A stretch of DNA of 63,268 bases, the filler included, from Trichosphaerium sp. ATCC 40318 (Eukaryota > Protista > Tubulinea): NCBI GenBank assembly GCA_038496445.1. It is 3 parts of 3 records of this genome, joined end to end, with 100 filler letters (N's around TTAATTAATTAA, not from the genome) between each part and the next. Parts side by side here need not be neighbours in the genome. Positions count along the whole stretch, not along the records: positions 1 to 15,552 come from JALMLS010000240.1; positions 15,653 to 39,274 come from JALMLS010000241.1; 1 more part is not named here. One strand, written 5' to 3'. The notes under the pieces were generated by a model. It did no database searches, was not told the origin of the DNA, and saw only the letters and a program-made list of their open reading frames with translations. The position numbers and the translations under genes are program-made. Positions 12,495 to 26,200 of this stretch are shown piece after piece. The stretch's first letter is position 1; each line of letters starts with the position of its first letter.

Positions 12495-13898
12495 CTATTT
12501 CTTGCAGTTAGCGTAGTTTTACGTTAAAAGCGCTTACTTTTGCTTTGTTGGTATTTATTAGGCGTCGCTTAGTCTTTTGATAGGTTTTGAGATGGTTTGG
12601 TTAATGGCGGGAACAGAAATATTCAACTTGACATTTAGTTGACTTTACAGTTGTTGATTGATTGAAGGTCAACTCTACATTTTTACGACTTTGTTTTGAC
12701 ATGTTAAGTTGATTTATTGAAGCTCGATGCTACTGGTAACTACCAACGAAGCCACAAAACCTTGAAGAAACATCTAAACAAACATGATACCGTGACTGTT
12801 TGTGTAGACAAGAGGTTTGTTGTAGCCTTGAGGTTCTGAGGAGATGTCGCCATCACATACCATGATACACTTAGACCGGCCGCTCCAGCATCCTTCGTTT
12901 CTGGCGTAAGCTAGTTGACACTATTTCCTTTCAACTGAATATAATACCAAAATACGCGCACTACCTGAGAAAAGAAGTTAGCACCTGCAAGACTTCTTTG
13001 AATCTATAGTGGACTAACACTTGCGTACAAATACCTATTGAATACTCTGAACTTCCTTGATACTGTGGGTTTGATACAAACGAGATTTGAGTACCAAACG
13101 TGTCAGAGTAGCTACTACACCAAACAGTATTCGGGTAGCCACTTGCAACATGCATAGTGGAACTAGACGCAATATTCATGCTAGAATATTAATAGATGAA
13201 GACAGCGAATCATAGCTGTCACGTGTTTAATCCTTTTTGCTGAATAGCCGAGATTGACTTTAGAAGCAAGCGAGATTATAAGCTGCTAGGCTTCAGTGAA
13301 AGTATCAGAACACGTGCATATTCGAGTTTTCGTGGATAAGTGCAGCTGACAACATTGTAGAACGCTACATTCAAATTTGTTAAGTCTCTCTACTGATACT
13401 AGCAGTAGTAACAGTTTGAAACATGTTTGCAAAGCAGCACATGTTATGGCTTGCGTTGGTACAACAAGGACTGAATTACAATTGGTTGAAAAATCAAGGA
13501 CTGCGATTGAAACAGTGTAGGAATGAAGACGTGCAGTATATAAAAAATGTAGCACACAGAAGATCAATTACAACAGCTGTAAGTTAAGGTATAGTAGTGT
13601 TTATAATCATTTGATGGCTACAACATTCTAAAAAAAGCGCCAATTCTTGCTAGATCGTCTGACAATGACAGCACATCGCAATGGTCAACGTTTCAGAATA
13701 GCTATTCATGAATGTAAACTTGTTTTCGCAACAGCAGTTTTATTTCTCTTTGGTTTTAATGCTTGTGACTTTACAACAGCAATAGTAAACTCAGTGTTCG
13801 GACTATAAAATTTATTTGCTAGCAGCACGGCTTCAAAGTTTAACATTTCAAGGCAATCTTTTGGACAACGTGAGATTGTATACAAACAAACGTACAAT

Positions 13899-14690
13899 TT
13901 AGACGTCTTCCAGCTTTGATCCATTAACATAAGTCCAATGACGTTCCAATATACCATCACGATTCCATGTCTTATATTCTCCATGTAATTTACCCTTGAC
14001 AAAATAACTACTCTCCTTCAATTTACCATTTTTATGCCAAGTCTCATACTTCCCTTCTCGTTTCCCATTGACATACTCACTGTGTGATTCAGGTTTACCA
14101 GTATCATACCAAGTGTTCGAATTGCCTTCTAGTAATCCATGTAAGTAAGTACAGTTTGCCTTCAATTGGCCGTTAGCATGCCACTGCGTGAACTCTCCTT
14201 CTCTCTTATCTTTAACATAGTTTTCCTTAGCTCTCAGCTGCCCATTAGAGTGCCACCTTCTGTGCTCTCCTTCATACTTCCCATTGACGAACTGGAAGTG
14301 ATTTTTAATTTGACCATTCTCATGCCAATCCTTTAAATCTCCTTCCAGTTTACCTTTAACAGTATAAAACTGAGACCATAATTGACCGTTGTAACTCCAA
14401 GATAAACTCTCTCCATCGAGTACACCGTTATCATAATAATCCTTTCCCCACATCTGCCCATTATCGTAGCATTTTATACATTCACCATGTTGCTTTCCGT
14501 TGAGGAAATGGAACTTACGAGATAATTTACCTTTTCTGTATTTCGTCCATTTTCCTTGCTTTTCAAGGTTCTCATTAAATCGTGATGTAATTGCGGCTTG
14601 TTTTGATAATAAAGGCCATTTAATGAATAAATCGTGATCATAATCTGTTATATCCATGTGTAGCTCTACTGGAAGGTCCAGTAGACGTTT
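13899..14690 (-). CDS. F-box-like + MORN2-repeat protein, intronless (start uncertain)
   Basis: In-frame LLDLPVELHMDI followed by about nine G.LEGE...WH.NGQLK repeats. Confidence 0.8.
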   Translation of the reverse strand, partial: KRLLDLPVELHMDITDYDHDLFIKWPLLSKQAAITSRFNENLEKQGKWTKYRKGKLSRKFHFLNGKQHGECIKCYDNGQMWGKDYYDNGVLDGESLSWSYNGQLWSQFYTVKGKLEGDLKDWHENGQIKNHFQFVNGKYEGEHRRWHSNGQLRAKENYVKDKREGEFTQWHANGQLKANCTYLHGLLEGNSNTWYDTGKPESHSEYVNGKREGKYETWHKNGKLKESSYFVKGKLHGEYKTWNRDGILERHWTYVNGSKLEDV

Positions 14691-15552
14691 ACCATAGACG
14701 AGTTTTTCCTGGTAAAAGTAATTAGTTCAACATATTTAAAACAATTACGGCCTACGGTATGTTGTTCACCCAACATCTGTAACATGCTAGAAACTAAAGA
14801 CTTGATTCGTTGAGTTGTTACAGAAATATGGATGAAGAAAATCACCCTGCTTACTTTAAAAGACTTTACAGTAAAATCTTTCAATGAATTTTGTTGTAGC
14901 AGACTTATCAGTTTCTTTGATGTTTATGGTAAACGTATGGTTATCTTTTAGCAGACGTATTATTTGATTTGGTCACATAATAACGAGACCACTTATCCAC
15001 ATATTATGGAAATTATATAAAACGTTGTAGCTGCTACTAAAACATTTACATTTATTGTAAAACTCTTTTAAATCATCCATGTGTATCGTATGATAAGGCG
15101 TTTTACTAACAGAATGGAGTCCAAGTACTGGTATCCAGCATCTTCTCATATGCTAGTGCTTGAATACGTAGAGGTTGTCTTGTTGGAGCACTTGGTATAT
15201 CTCTTGGTTTTAATTGTATCATTTTTTGTCCTGTTATCCTTTTTGCAATCTCTTTACGGTCTTTTACTGGAATTCCTTTGATTTGAGACAAGTCCAACTA
15301 AACACGTGAGATCAAAGCACAAACCAAAATGGTAGGAATGAAATGATGGAGTTACCTTGGTGAGATTAATACAGTGCTCTTCAATTTGTTTCAGTGTGAC
15401 TTGAGTGATGGATGTACTTTGAGACTCAAACATAATAAAGAACAAAATGGGAAACTTTCAAAAGTTCTTTTGAATGATTTGTCATTGAGTTTACTGTTCC
15501 CGTCAAGCAACAGTGTCTTGAGATGACACATTGGTTGATCACCCCATTTTAT

Positions 15553-15652
15553 NNNNNNNNNNNNNNNNNNNNNNNNNNNNNNNNNNNNNNNNNNNNTTAA
15601 TTAATTAANNNNNNNNNNNNNNNNNNNNNNNNNNNNNNNNNNNNNNNNNNNN
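15553..15652. other. Artificial contig linker (N44-TTAATTAATTAA-N44)
   Basis: N run with a six-frame stop cassette. Confidence 0.97.
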
Positions 15653-18600
15653 GTCTCCTTTTCTTTTTCTAATACATTCAACACCTGTTTCACACTATGG
15701 TCTACTTCAAATGAGTAATCTTTATGCCATAATGACACTGCTTCCATTCTTCGTGATGAGTATTGATTAATACTATCATCCGATATAGCATTTAACTCTT
15801 CTTGTGCCCACGGAGCTCTTGTCAGTGCATCCGCGTCTGTATGGGTGACACCCTTTTTATACACTAACACGAAATCAAATTGTTGTATTTTTAACAGCCA
15901 CCTTGCTAACATAGGTCGAGGATTGGGTAAATCCTGTAAATATTGTAGCGGTTTGTGATCTGTGTATACAATCAATTTGAATTTAGCAAACGACAGGTAT
16001 CCTCTAAACTCTTCTAACGCTAACACGATACCCAACATCTCTCTCTCAATGGTGGAATAATTCTTCTGTGGTTTAGAGAATGTCTTGCTGAAATATGCAA
16101 TGACATGTTCTCTTTTACCATGTCTCTGTACTAACGTTGCACCAGCTGCTACATTGGAGGCATCTACATGAATTTCAAACAGCTTTGAGAAGTCTGGATG
16201 CTTCAAGATAGGTGGTGATGACAACAGGTCTTTGATTTTCTCATAAGCCTTTTGTTGTTCTTTACCCCAGTACCACTTGATGTCTTTGTTCCGTAATCGA
16301 TTGATCGGTTCTACAATCTGTGCGTATTTCGGTACAAATTTGCGATAATACCCTGTAAGGCCTAAGCAGCGAGCTACTTCTTCTTTACTTGTAGGTCTTT
16401 TCGCTCTTTGTATTGCATCCGTTATACGAGGATTTGTAGATATCCCATCAGCGCTCACGATATGGCCCAAAAACTCAACTTGATCTTTAAATAAAACTGA
16501 TTTCTTCGCCTTCAATTTCATGTTATGTTCCTCCAATCTCTTGAACAATAATTTCAGGTGTACTAGATGTTCTTCAAAGGTATTACTGAACACTATAATA
16601 TCGTCGACGTAACAAAGAGGTGATAATAATATAATGAGCAACCATACAGTGAGTACGTACACTGCTTTGACAGCCCTCCCTTTAACTACGTCTGCTCCCT
16701 ATTTTTCCCTTTTCATATCTACCCTATCCTATTTTTTATGTAGATTTCAAAAAAGTTGGTTTGGTCAAATTTAGTCAAATACACACGAAATTATCTAACT
16801 TTTTTTATTTTTTAGTTTGGTTTTTTTACTTTATATTGTAGATTTTTTTGTTGTTTTATTAAATTGTTTGAGTTATGTAGTTGGTCCTATAAGTCTTACT
16901 TTCTGTTCTTTCTAGCCTTTCTTTTTCCTTTTTTACCCTTGGTGGTTTTTGGTAGATCAATTATTGTACCTTGCATCTTTTTGGTTCTTAAATCTTTGGC
17001 TTTAGGACATGGAGGTAATATTGGCTTCACTATTTCATTTTCTTCCAATAGCTGCTCTTCTGTATATAACAAATACTCACTTGAAGTCATCATATATGCT
17101 GGATATTTAGGCTTGTAACTTTCTTTTGATGCTTTGTCATGGGTCCTTAACAAGCAAGTAGGAAATTGTATAATTGTACCATCTTCTTTTTTCCAATAAT
17201 GACCAACACATTGATAACAATCTGCATATTTAACTCTGTTGTGACATCTAAAAAAAACAATGTTAACATCATTTAAAAAACCCTTTCACTTACATTTCTC
17301 TATGAGCATTCATAAATTCAGGCTCCAATGTTTGATGCCAGGGATTCACACACCAACCATTGCCACATTTATGAGAATAATGTATATCTCCTCTTTCAAA
17401 CTCATTGAAAAACACCCATTTTCCTCTTTCTCTGTCATACACTTCCATATCAAAAAAGTACCAGAACAAAAACTGCACAATGTACATAGAAAGCCTGGTT
17501 TGCATACTTGACCAATCAACCATAGGTCTATTACCCTCTGCACAAAACTTGTCACTTCTCCAACATTCATGCTTGTTGAGTTGGCAGTCAGGAGAAATTT
17601 TGCATTTTAATCTCCAACCTTCTATTTGATCTACACCGTGGGTACCTTTTAATATGTCCACATGTCCTTTTGTCAAAGCTCTGCAGGTCTTGACTCTTTT
17701 GGTTTTTTTATCTCTTTTCAATTTAGTGAATACAGGAGAGAACATTTTGCTTCTAAACTCATCTACATAATCAGAGTGTATTGTTGGCAAGGTATAATCT
17801 CTTGTACTAGAAGGGGTCTTTCTTTTGGCAGGAGAAGAGACAGACCTCTTTCTTTTTTTTGGAGAGGCGGATTTAGATCTGGTTCTGGAAGCAGGTAGAG
17901 ACATGATGTTGCAGTTGTATAAAAGTAAGTTTTATGGTATATAATAAAATTGATATATGTGGAATGCAACAGTAGTAAAATAGAAATGGGAATTTTTAAG
18001 TAATCCACCCTGTTTTCCTATGGGAAAAGTAGACGGAAAAACTCTTCCTTAATTCCCATTGAATTTATATGAAATTCCATAAGTATTACCCATAGAATTC
18101 TTAAAGTATTACTTTTGGAATTGTGTATGTATTTTATATAGAATTCTCTATGTATTCTTTATAGCATTTCTTAATGTATTTTTTGTAGATTTCAATAAAA
18201 AATACTTTTTCAATTACACAAAATATTTGTACTATTTCGATACTTTGGTTCAGATTTAGTGCAAAGTCATTTTATTTATTGATCATAATTTCATTACAAA
18301 ATACAAACATCCTAAATAACACGTACAAGTTAAATACATCATGTCTTCATAAACGAAAGAAGTAATTTGATCGCATTTGGTTTTGAGAGCCTGAACAATT
18401 GTTAATGCGTTTGTAAATGCTAAATTAAGAATGCGTAGGGTTTTTTGATAAATTAAGTGGAAATAAGCTTTAAAAACAACGTACTTGGAGTTAATGCTTT
18501 AAATACATTCTTTAATGGTGTAATAAGGCTGTTGCAATGCTTTAATCATCCTAAAACAGATAAGTAAGAGATATTTATGTTTAAGTGATTTTCCAAACCA

Positions 18601-21600
18601 CCTAAAACGTGTTCTCCGTTACTTTTTGGATTAACGCACTTTAACCTGTACCATTGGTTTTTGCACCTTTAATAATAGCATGTGGATATTGTTCACTAGA
18701 AAAACCTATGTACCTAAGGTGTCGATGGTTTTTTGCAAATATAAAACTAAACCCTAACCCTAACTTAATTTGTACTTTCATAAACCTCAACCCTAGCCCT
18801 AACCCTAACCCTAACTAAATTAGTACATTATTTGGTGGATTTTGTACAATAATTCTGAAAATTCTGTATTTAAGGGAATATTATGGTAATTCTATCAAAA
18901 ATCCCGCTATAAAAAAAAATAAAAATAAGAATTCTTCACAAATTACCTTAAAAATCCCTAAAACAAAGGAATTTAGTGGGATTTATATCCAAAATCCCGT
19001 TTTCATTTTACCACTGAAAGTGGTACACAATGTGGAATGGAATGCAAAATGGTACACAATGTGGAATGGAATGCAAAATGTAGAATGCAAAATGTGGAAT
19101 GCAGAATGCAGTGTGGTGCACAATGTGGAATGCAGTATGGTGCACAATGTGGAATGCAATATGGTACACAATGTGGAATGCTCAATGTGAAATACAAAAA
19201 GAGACACAATGTAGAATGCAAATAAAGAATAAAAAAAAAAAAAAAAAAAAAGAGAATAAAAAAGAAATGAAAAAAGAAGTGTTGAGCAAGGAGTTAATAC
19301 CTAATATACAGCGCTCATATTTATACACCAGATAGCTACAAGCATAGAGAATAAACTGCAAAAAAAATGAATCAAAAAGGAAGGATAGGGTAGATATGAA
19401 AAGGGAAAAATAGGGAGCAGACGTAGTTAAAGGGAGGGCTGTCAAAGCAGTGTACGTACTCACTGTATGGTTGCTCTATTATATTATTATCACCTCTTTG
19501 TTACGTCGACGATATTACCTCAAAGACACGTCTGCCAGAGTAGGCCTGACAACATCAGGTTCATATGTCTTTGGAAAGTTGCTTGCGCATTCTTAAGACC
19601 AAAGGGCATACCGACGCACTCGAACAGACCCCACTCTGTGGCAAAGGCTGTCTTATCAGCATCATTTGCATGCATTCGGATCTGCCAATACCCGGAGATT
19701 GCATCAAACGTACTGAAGAACTTAGCTCCAGCCAGTGCATTCATTAGATCATTTACTCTTGGTAACAGATGTACGTCCTTTTTCGTCACCTTGTTGAGTT
19801 GTCTGAAGTCAATGCAGAATCTCCATTCTCCATTGTTCTTTTTAACTAACACAACTGGTGAGGACCACTCTGATTTGGAGTACTTGATCTGTTTGTTCTC
19901 TAACATCTTTTCTATTTCTGCTTTTGCGATTTCTCTTTGTTTTGGGTTCATTCTTCTGTACGGCATACTAACCGGTCTTGTGCCTTTGTCAACAGGTATT
20001 CGGTGTTGTATTCCTTTAACCGCTCCTGTTTCCTTCAATGAATCAACAAATATGTGTTGGTAGCTCGCCATGAATTTGAAAGCTTGCAACTTTTGTTTCT
20101 CAGTGAGTCGGTTCCCGTTGACTTTGAATCTCTTTTGAGCTGCCTTGACATCTTCCATTGTTACATTTGCACACGCCCTTGCTATGTCTTTCTTTTGTTT
20201 AGCATAGTCAAAGTTCAATGAGCATACTTCTTCTCCTACACCCAACGCAGCAAAACTCGCAATGTTATACTTCGCTGGTATCCTCCTCTCTACATTACTC
20301 GGGTTCATGACATGCACTCTAACCATTCTTTTCCTAGCTCTGTCCACTGATCGACACAGCTGTAGACCCAGGTCATTCAATAATGCCGCATGTCCACCTT
20401 TATCTTCCAGTCTATGTGGTTCTACTATACCCACTTTTTCGTTGACTGGAATAGATAATTTGGCCACGAACGTACATTGTGAGTAAGCTGGTATCTTAAC
20501 AGCGTTAGTTGTCAACACGTTAGCAAACTCTGTCCTTCTATCATTCACTTGAGTACACGTGATAGGTGTCTCATCACCCTTGTAGTTGTGCAACAACAAC
20601 CGACCATAATCCAAGCACATGCCCCATCTCTTCAGCATTGTTGTTCCTAACAATATCTTGTACTTGAAGTTGTTGATGACAAAGCATGTCACAGGCATAG
20701 GCGTCTTACCGATCGCAATGGTTAACTTGATCACTCCCATCGATGGTATTTGTTTGTTATCTGCTGTGTAAATAGGTGGTGATGTCTTAGGTATAATACT
20801 TTTAGTCAGTCCCAACCTTTTTACCAGTCTTGAATCAACAATACACATGGATGCTCCTGAATCCATCAACGCATTAACTCTAACACCATTTACACTCATG
20901 TGTGCCTTTGTAACTGTATAATGAAATGCTTTGTTCTCACTCAACTCCTCACACATGTTCAAGAAATTCGCTGAAGTAGACAAGTGACATGACTGATCAA
21001 CTGAGGCCTTATACCAAAAACTTTTATTATCTCTTCTACTTCTACTCTTACTTCTACTCCTACTCCTGTTACGACTCCTATCACGGCTTCTCTCGCGACT
21101 CCTCTCACGTCTCCTGTCACGGCTTCTGTCACGGCTCCTATCACGGCTCCTGTCACGCCTGTCGCACCTACCATGTCGGTCGCGATCATCTCTTCTATCT
21201 CGGCGATCTTCCTCATCTCTGTCGTATCCATCATCATCTTCTTCACCATCTACATCCATCGCGTTCAGTTGTAGTCGCGTAGGACACACATCTTGAAAGT
21301 GCCCAATGCCTCCACATCTGTAACACTTGATGTTGATACGTGGTCTCGGTTGAGAAGGTCTACGATATTTGTCAATCTGATCTTGACCTTTGTAGCCTCT
21401 CCTTTTACTGTAGCCACTGTATCCACCATATCTGTGACCACCACCATGTTTACTGTGACCACCACCACTGTCTTGATGTTGTTGATCACGCCACTGTGCT
21501 TGTTGAGCATTGCGGTCATAATCATCCGTACATCTTCTCTTCGTGTCTCGCTCGTCATCATTGTCGGAGCCGTTTCTCTTCGTTGCCACCGAGTTGAGCG

Positions 21601-22534
21601 TCTCTATCCTTGATTTCTCTATCGCCGCCTTCAATCGTTTGCGTTCTTCATCTTTCCTCTTCTGTTCTGTGTCGCCCAGCTCCTTCTTATATGTGTACCA
21701 AGATGCTATCTTGTACACTGCAGCCATGGACGTATCTTGCAGCTTTTCTTTAAGCGTATCCACAATATACTGTCTCATCTCTGTACCAACACACTTCAGA
21801 AACGCTGTTGCCTTCTCCTTGTCGGTCATCATCGCCTTATCCGCCAAACTGAGAAAGTATTCATAAAATTTGGATACATTCTGGTTTTCTTGGATACACA
21901 TTTGAGCTACTTTCTCTTTAGCTCACATCATGTTGACCACCGTCTGGAAGCTATCCAATAAACTATAGATTGCCAATGTGTAATTCTTGTTGAACTTCAA
22001 ACTCCTGATGACTCGATGGGCTCGTCCTTTTATCCGAGAGTGTAGTACATACACGCATGCTTCTTGATTGCATTTGAACGTTGTACAGTACCTTTGCATC
22101 CTCGCCAAAAACTCTTCCAACTCTCCATGATCGTTGGAAAACACCTCAATGTCGGTTATCTTCTTACATCGTTGTGGTGTGCGATCTTTCTTGTACCAAT
22201 CCACTCCAACCGGTTTTTCTTCGCTGTCGTAGACCAAATGCGGCATCAAGCGTAAAACGGTGTTACGTTCTACATCATTGATATCCGTCAGTGATTCTAA
22301 CCGATCTAAGCGCCTTTTCTCTTCTTTCACACTATTTAATCTTCCTGACCTTTCCGATGATGAAGCTGAGCTACTGCTGCTCTCATCCGGTGTATCAGGT
22401 CCCTTCTCTTCCTTTTCTCTGTTGTCCTTTCGATCTTTGTGTTTACCCTTTTCTGGCTTCTTTTCGCTTTCTTCTTTGCCCTTTCCTTCATCCGTATCAC
22501 TATCCTCTTCCCCTTCTTTTTCGGAGCTTTTGGT
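15653..22534 (-). repeat. 6.9-kb inverted duplicate of 23382-30264 (probable fold-back chimera)
   Basis: All ORF coordinates mirror with sum 45917 and give identical proteins; the only difference noticed is a 1-bp homopolymer indel near 22510; runs into the contig end. Confidence 0.95.
16896..17904 (-). CDS. His-Cys box homing endonuclease (mirror copy of 28013-29021)
   Basis: Translation identical to the + strand copy. Confidence 0.8.
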
Positions 22535-23100
22535 ACTAAGTGTTTGAATCTATTCGTGTTAGCTTCAATAGTACGATTAGTATTGCGTGTCGTACCCAAC
22601 TTGTTGTAAGACTTCAGGAGGAGAAGCAGCGTGTGATTCAATAAAGATCCAAACTTGCCTCAAAAAAGCTTCAGCACCAGAAGCGTGCACTGCAAAGGTA
22701 CCAACTCCAACAGCTGCGCTTATGCCGCCAGTAAGAACACCGACCTAATGTGGGTTAGTTTTTTGCAGCCACGTTTTTGCATAAGTAAGTTAAAGATGTC
22801 GCGTGTCGTTTTAGGTTTCAAAAAAACTTGTGATATTTTTTTCACCACTAACACGTGGCATAATTACAAGAGAGTGCATGAACAAAAAAATGGACAAAGA
22901 AGCGTGTACGTACCACTGTGCCTGTTACTACTTTTATGGTGGCGTAGGAGTGAATTGTTATTGTCATACTTCCATCCGAAGCCGTTGTAAACGTTGCTTT
23001 GAATTCAGGCTAAACGGACATTAGACACTCTACTCAATATGCCTTTACTGATAAAGGCGCTACGAACGCTTTGACTTTTTTTTTTTTCCAATAACTATTA

Positions 23101-23191
23101 TGTAAGGAGTAAATAATGTAACTTAATGTACATGAGCTCACTTAGAGGAGAATAAATTAGTTGATATCACGTGACGGTTTTAGTCTTTACA
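23101..23191 (+). repeat. 5' LTR (91 bp)
   Basis: TGTAAGG...CTTTACA, identical to 32237-32327. Confidence 0.95.
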
Positions 23192-23194
23192 TTT

Positions 23195-23212
23195 TGGCGA
23201 CAGACGCGTAGA
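23195..23212 (+). promoter_or_regulatory. Primer binding site (TGGCGACAGACGCG...); tRNA identity not determined
   Basis: TGG-initiated sequence 3 nt after the 5' LTR. Confidence 0.7.
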
Positions 23213-23220
23213 TTTGAACC

Positions 23221-26200
23221 ATGTCTAAACGGGGAAGTAAAAAGGAGAAGAAATCAATTTATGTACCTAAGAAAAAGCAAGATGATATTGAAAAGGAGAT
23301 GTTAGAAGAGATAGAAGCGGCAAAAGATAAGAAGGAACGTCGAAAGGGAGATTCAAATAGTGAACAAAAACTAAAAGGGAAACCAAAAGCTCCGAAAAAG
23401 AAGGGGGAAGAGGATAGTGATACGGATGAAGGAAAGGGCAAAGAAGAAAGCGAAAAGAAGCCAGAAAAGGGTAAACACAAAGATCGAAAGGACAACAGAG
23501 AAAAGGAAGAGAAGGGACCTGATACACCGGATGAGAGCAGCAGTAGCTCAGCTTCATCATCGGAAAGGTCAGGAAGATTAAATAGTGTGAAAGAAGAGAA
23601 AAGGCGCTTAGATCGGTTAGAATCACTGACGGATATCAATGATGTAGAACGTAACACCGTTTTACGCTTGATGCCGCATTTGGTCTACGACAGCGAAGAA
23701 AAACCGGTTGGAGTGGATTGGTACAAGAAAGATCGCACACCACAACGATGTAAGAAGATAACCGACATTGAGGTGTTTTCCAACGATCATGGAGAGTTGG
23801 AAGAGTTTTTGGCGAGGATGCAAAGGTACTGTACAACGTTCAAATGCAATCAAGAAGCATGCGTGTATGTACTACACTCTCGGATAAAAGGACGAGCCCA
23901 TCGAGTCATCAGGAGTTTGAAGTTCAACAAGAATTACACATTGGCAATCTATAGTTTATTGGATAGCTTCCAGACGGTGGTCAACATGATGTGAGCTAAA
24001 GAGAAAGTAGCTCAAATGTGTATCCAAGAAAACCAGAATGTATCCAAATTTTATGAATACTTTCTCAGTTTGGCGGATAAGGCGATGATGACCGACAAGG
24101 AGAAGGCAACAGCGTTTCTGAAGTGTGTTGGTACAGAGATGAGACAGTATATTGTGGATACGCTTAAAGAAAAGCTGCAAGATACGTCCATGGCTGCAGT
24201 GTACAAGATAGCATCTTGGTACACATATAAGAAGGAGCTGGGCGACACAGAACAGAAGAGGAAAGATGAAGAACGCAAACGATTGAAGGCGGCGATAGAG
24301 AAATCAAGGATAGAGACGCTCAACTCGGTGGCAACGAAGAGAAACGGCTCCGACAATGATGACGAGCGAGACACGAAGAGAAGATGTACGGATGATTATG
24401 ACCGCAATGCTCAACAAGCACAGTGGCGTGATCAACAACATCAAGACAGTGGTGGTGGTCACAGTAAACATGGTGGTGGTCACAGATATGGTGGATACAG
24501 TGGCTACAGTAAAAGGAGAGGCTACAAAGGTCAAGATCAGATTGACAAATATCGTAGACCTTCTCAACCGAGACCACGTATCAACATCAAGTGTTACAGA
24601 TGTGGAGGCATTGGGCACTTTCAAGATGTGTGTCCTACGCGACTACAACTGAACGCGATGGATGTAGATGGTGAAGAAGATGATGATGGATACGACAGAG
24701 ATGAGGAAGATCGCCGAGATAGAAGAGATGATCGCGACCGACATGGTAGGTGCGACAGGCGTGACAGGAGCCGTGATAGGAGCCGTGACAGAAGCCGTGA
24801 CAGGAGACGTGAGAGGAGTCGCGAGAGAAGCCGTGATAGGAGTCGTAACAGGAGTAGGAGTAGAAGTAAGAGTAGAAGTAGAAGAGATAATAAAAGTTTT
24901 TGGTATAAGGCCTCAGTTGATCAGTCATGTCACTTGTCTACTTCAGCGAATTTCTTGAACATGTGTGAGGAGTTGAGTGAGAACAAAGCATTTCATTATA
25001 CAGTTACAAAGGCACACATGAGTGTAAATGGTGTTAGAGTTAATGCGTTGATGGATTCAGGAGCATCCATGTGTATTGTTGATTCAAGACTGGTAAAAAG
25101 GTTGGGACTGACTAAAAGTATTATACCTAAGACATCACCACCTATTTACACAGCAGATAACAAACAAATACCATCGATGGGAGTGATCAAGTTAACCATT
25201 GCGATCGGTAAGACGCCTATGCCTGTGACATGCTTTGTCATCAACAACTTCAAGTACAAGATATTGTTAGGAACAACAATGCTGAAGAGATGGGGCATGT
25301 GCTTGGATTATGGTCGGTTGTTGTTGCACAACTACAAGGGTGATGAGACACCTATCACGTGTACTCAAGTGAATGATAGAAGGACAGAGTTTGCTAACGT
25401 GTTGACAACTAACGCTGTTAAGATACCAGCTTACTCACAATGTACGTTCGTGGCCAAATTATCTATTCCAGTCAACGAAAAAGTGGGTATAGTAGAACCA
25501 CATAGACTGGAAGATAAAGGTGGACATGCGGCATTATTGAATGACCTGGGTCTACAGCTGTGTCGATCAGTGGACAGAGCTAGGAAAAGAATGGTTAGAG
25601 TGCATGTCATGAACCCGAGTAATGTAGAGAGGAGGATACCAGCGAAGTATAACATTGCGAGTTTTGCTGCGTTGGGTGTAGGAGAAGAAGTATGCTCATT
25701 GAACTTTGACTATGCTAAACAAAAGAAAGACATAGCAAGGGCGTGTGCAAATGTAACAATGGAAGATGTCAAGGCAGCTCAAAAGAGATTCAAAGTCAAC
25801 GGGAACCGACTCACTGAGAAACAAAAGTTGCAAGCTTTCAAATTCATGGCGAGCTACCAACACATATTTGTTGATTCATTGAAGGAAACAGGAGCGGTTA
25901 AAGGAATACAACACCGAATACCTGTTGACAAAGGCACAAGACCGGTTAGTATGCCGTACAGAAGAATGAACCCAAAACAAAGAGAAATCGCAAAAGCAGA
26001 AATAGAAAAGATGTTAGAGAACAAACAGATCAAGTACTCCAAATCAGAGTGGTCCTCACCAGTTGTGTTAGTTAAAAAGAACAATGGAGAATGGAGATTC
26101 TGCATTGACTTCAGACAACTCAACAAGGTGACGAAAAAGGACGTACATCTGTTACCAAGAGTAAATGATCTAATGAATGCACTGGCTGGAGCTAAGTTCT

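Noticed and set aside
12800-13850. Short ORFs between the MORN2 genes, and exon-like pieces at 15106-15550 and 22560-22750
   Set aside because: No recognisable motif and no consistent gene model; left uncalled
15597-15608. TTAATTAATTAA palindrome (also 39319-39330)
   Set aside because: Artificial six-frame-stop linker inside N runs; adjacency across these gaps is unproven
16618-19520. Second copy of the endonuclease element at the same RT site, as proof of site-specific homing
   Set aside because: It is part of the mirror-image duplication, so it is not an independent insertion
23992-23994. Programmed gag-pol stop readthrough
   Set aside because: The stop lies within the capsid-like region, upstream of the zinc knuckle, not at the gag/pol boundary
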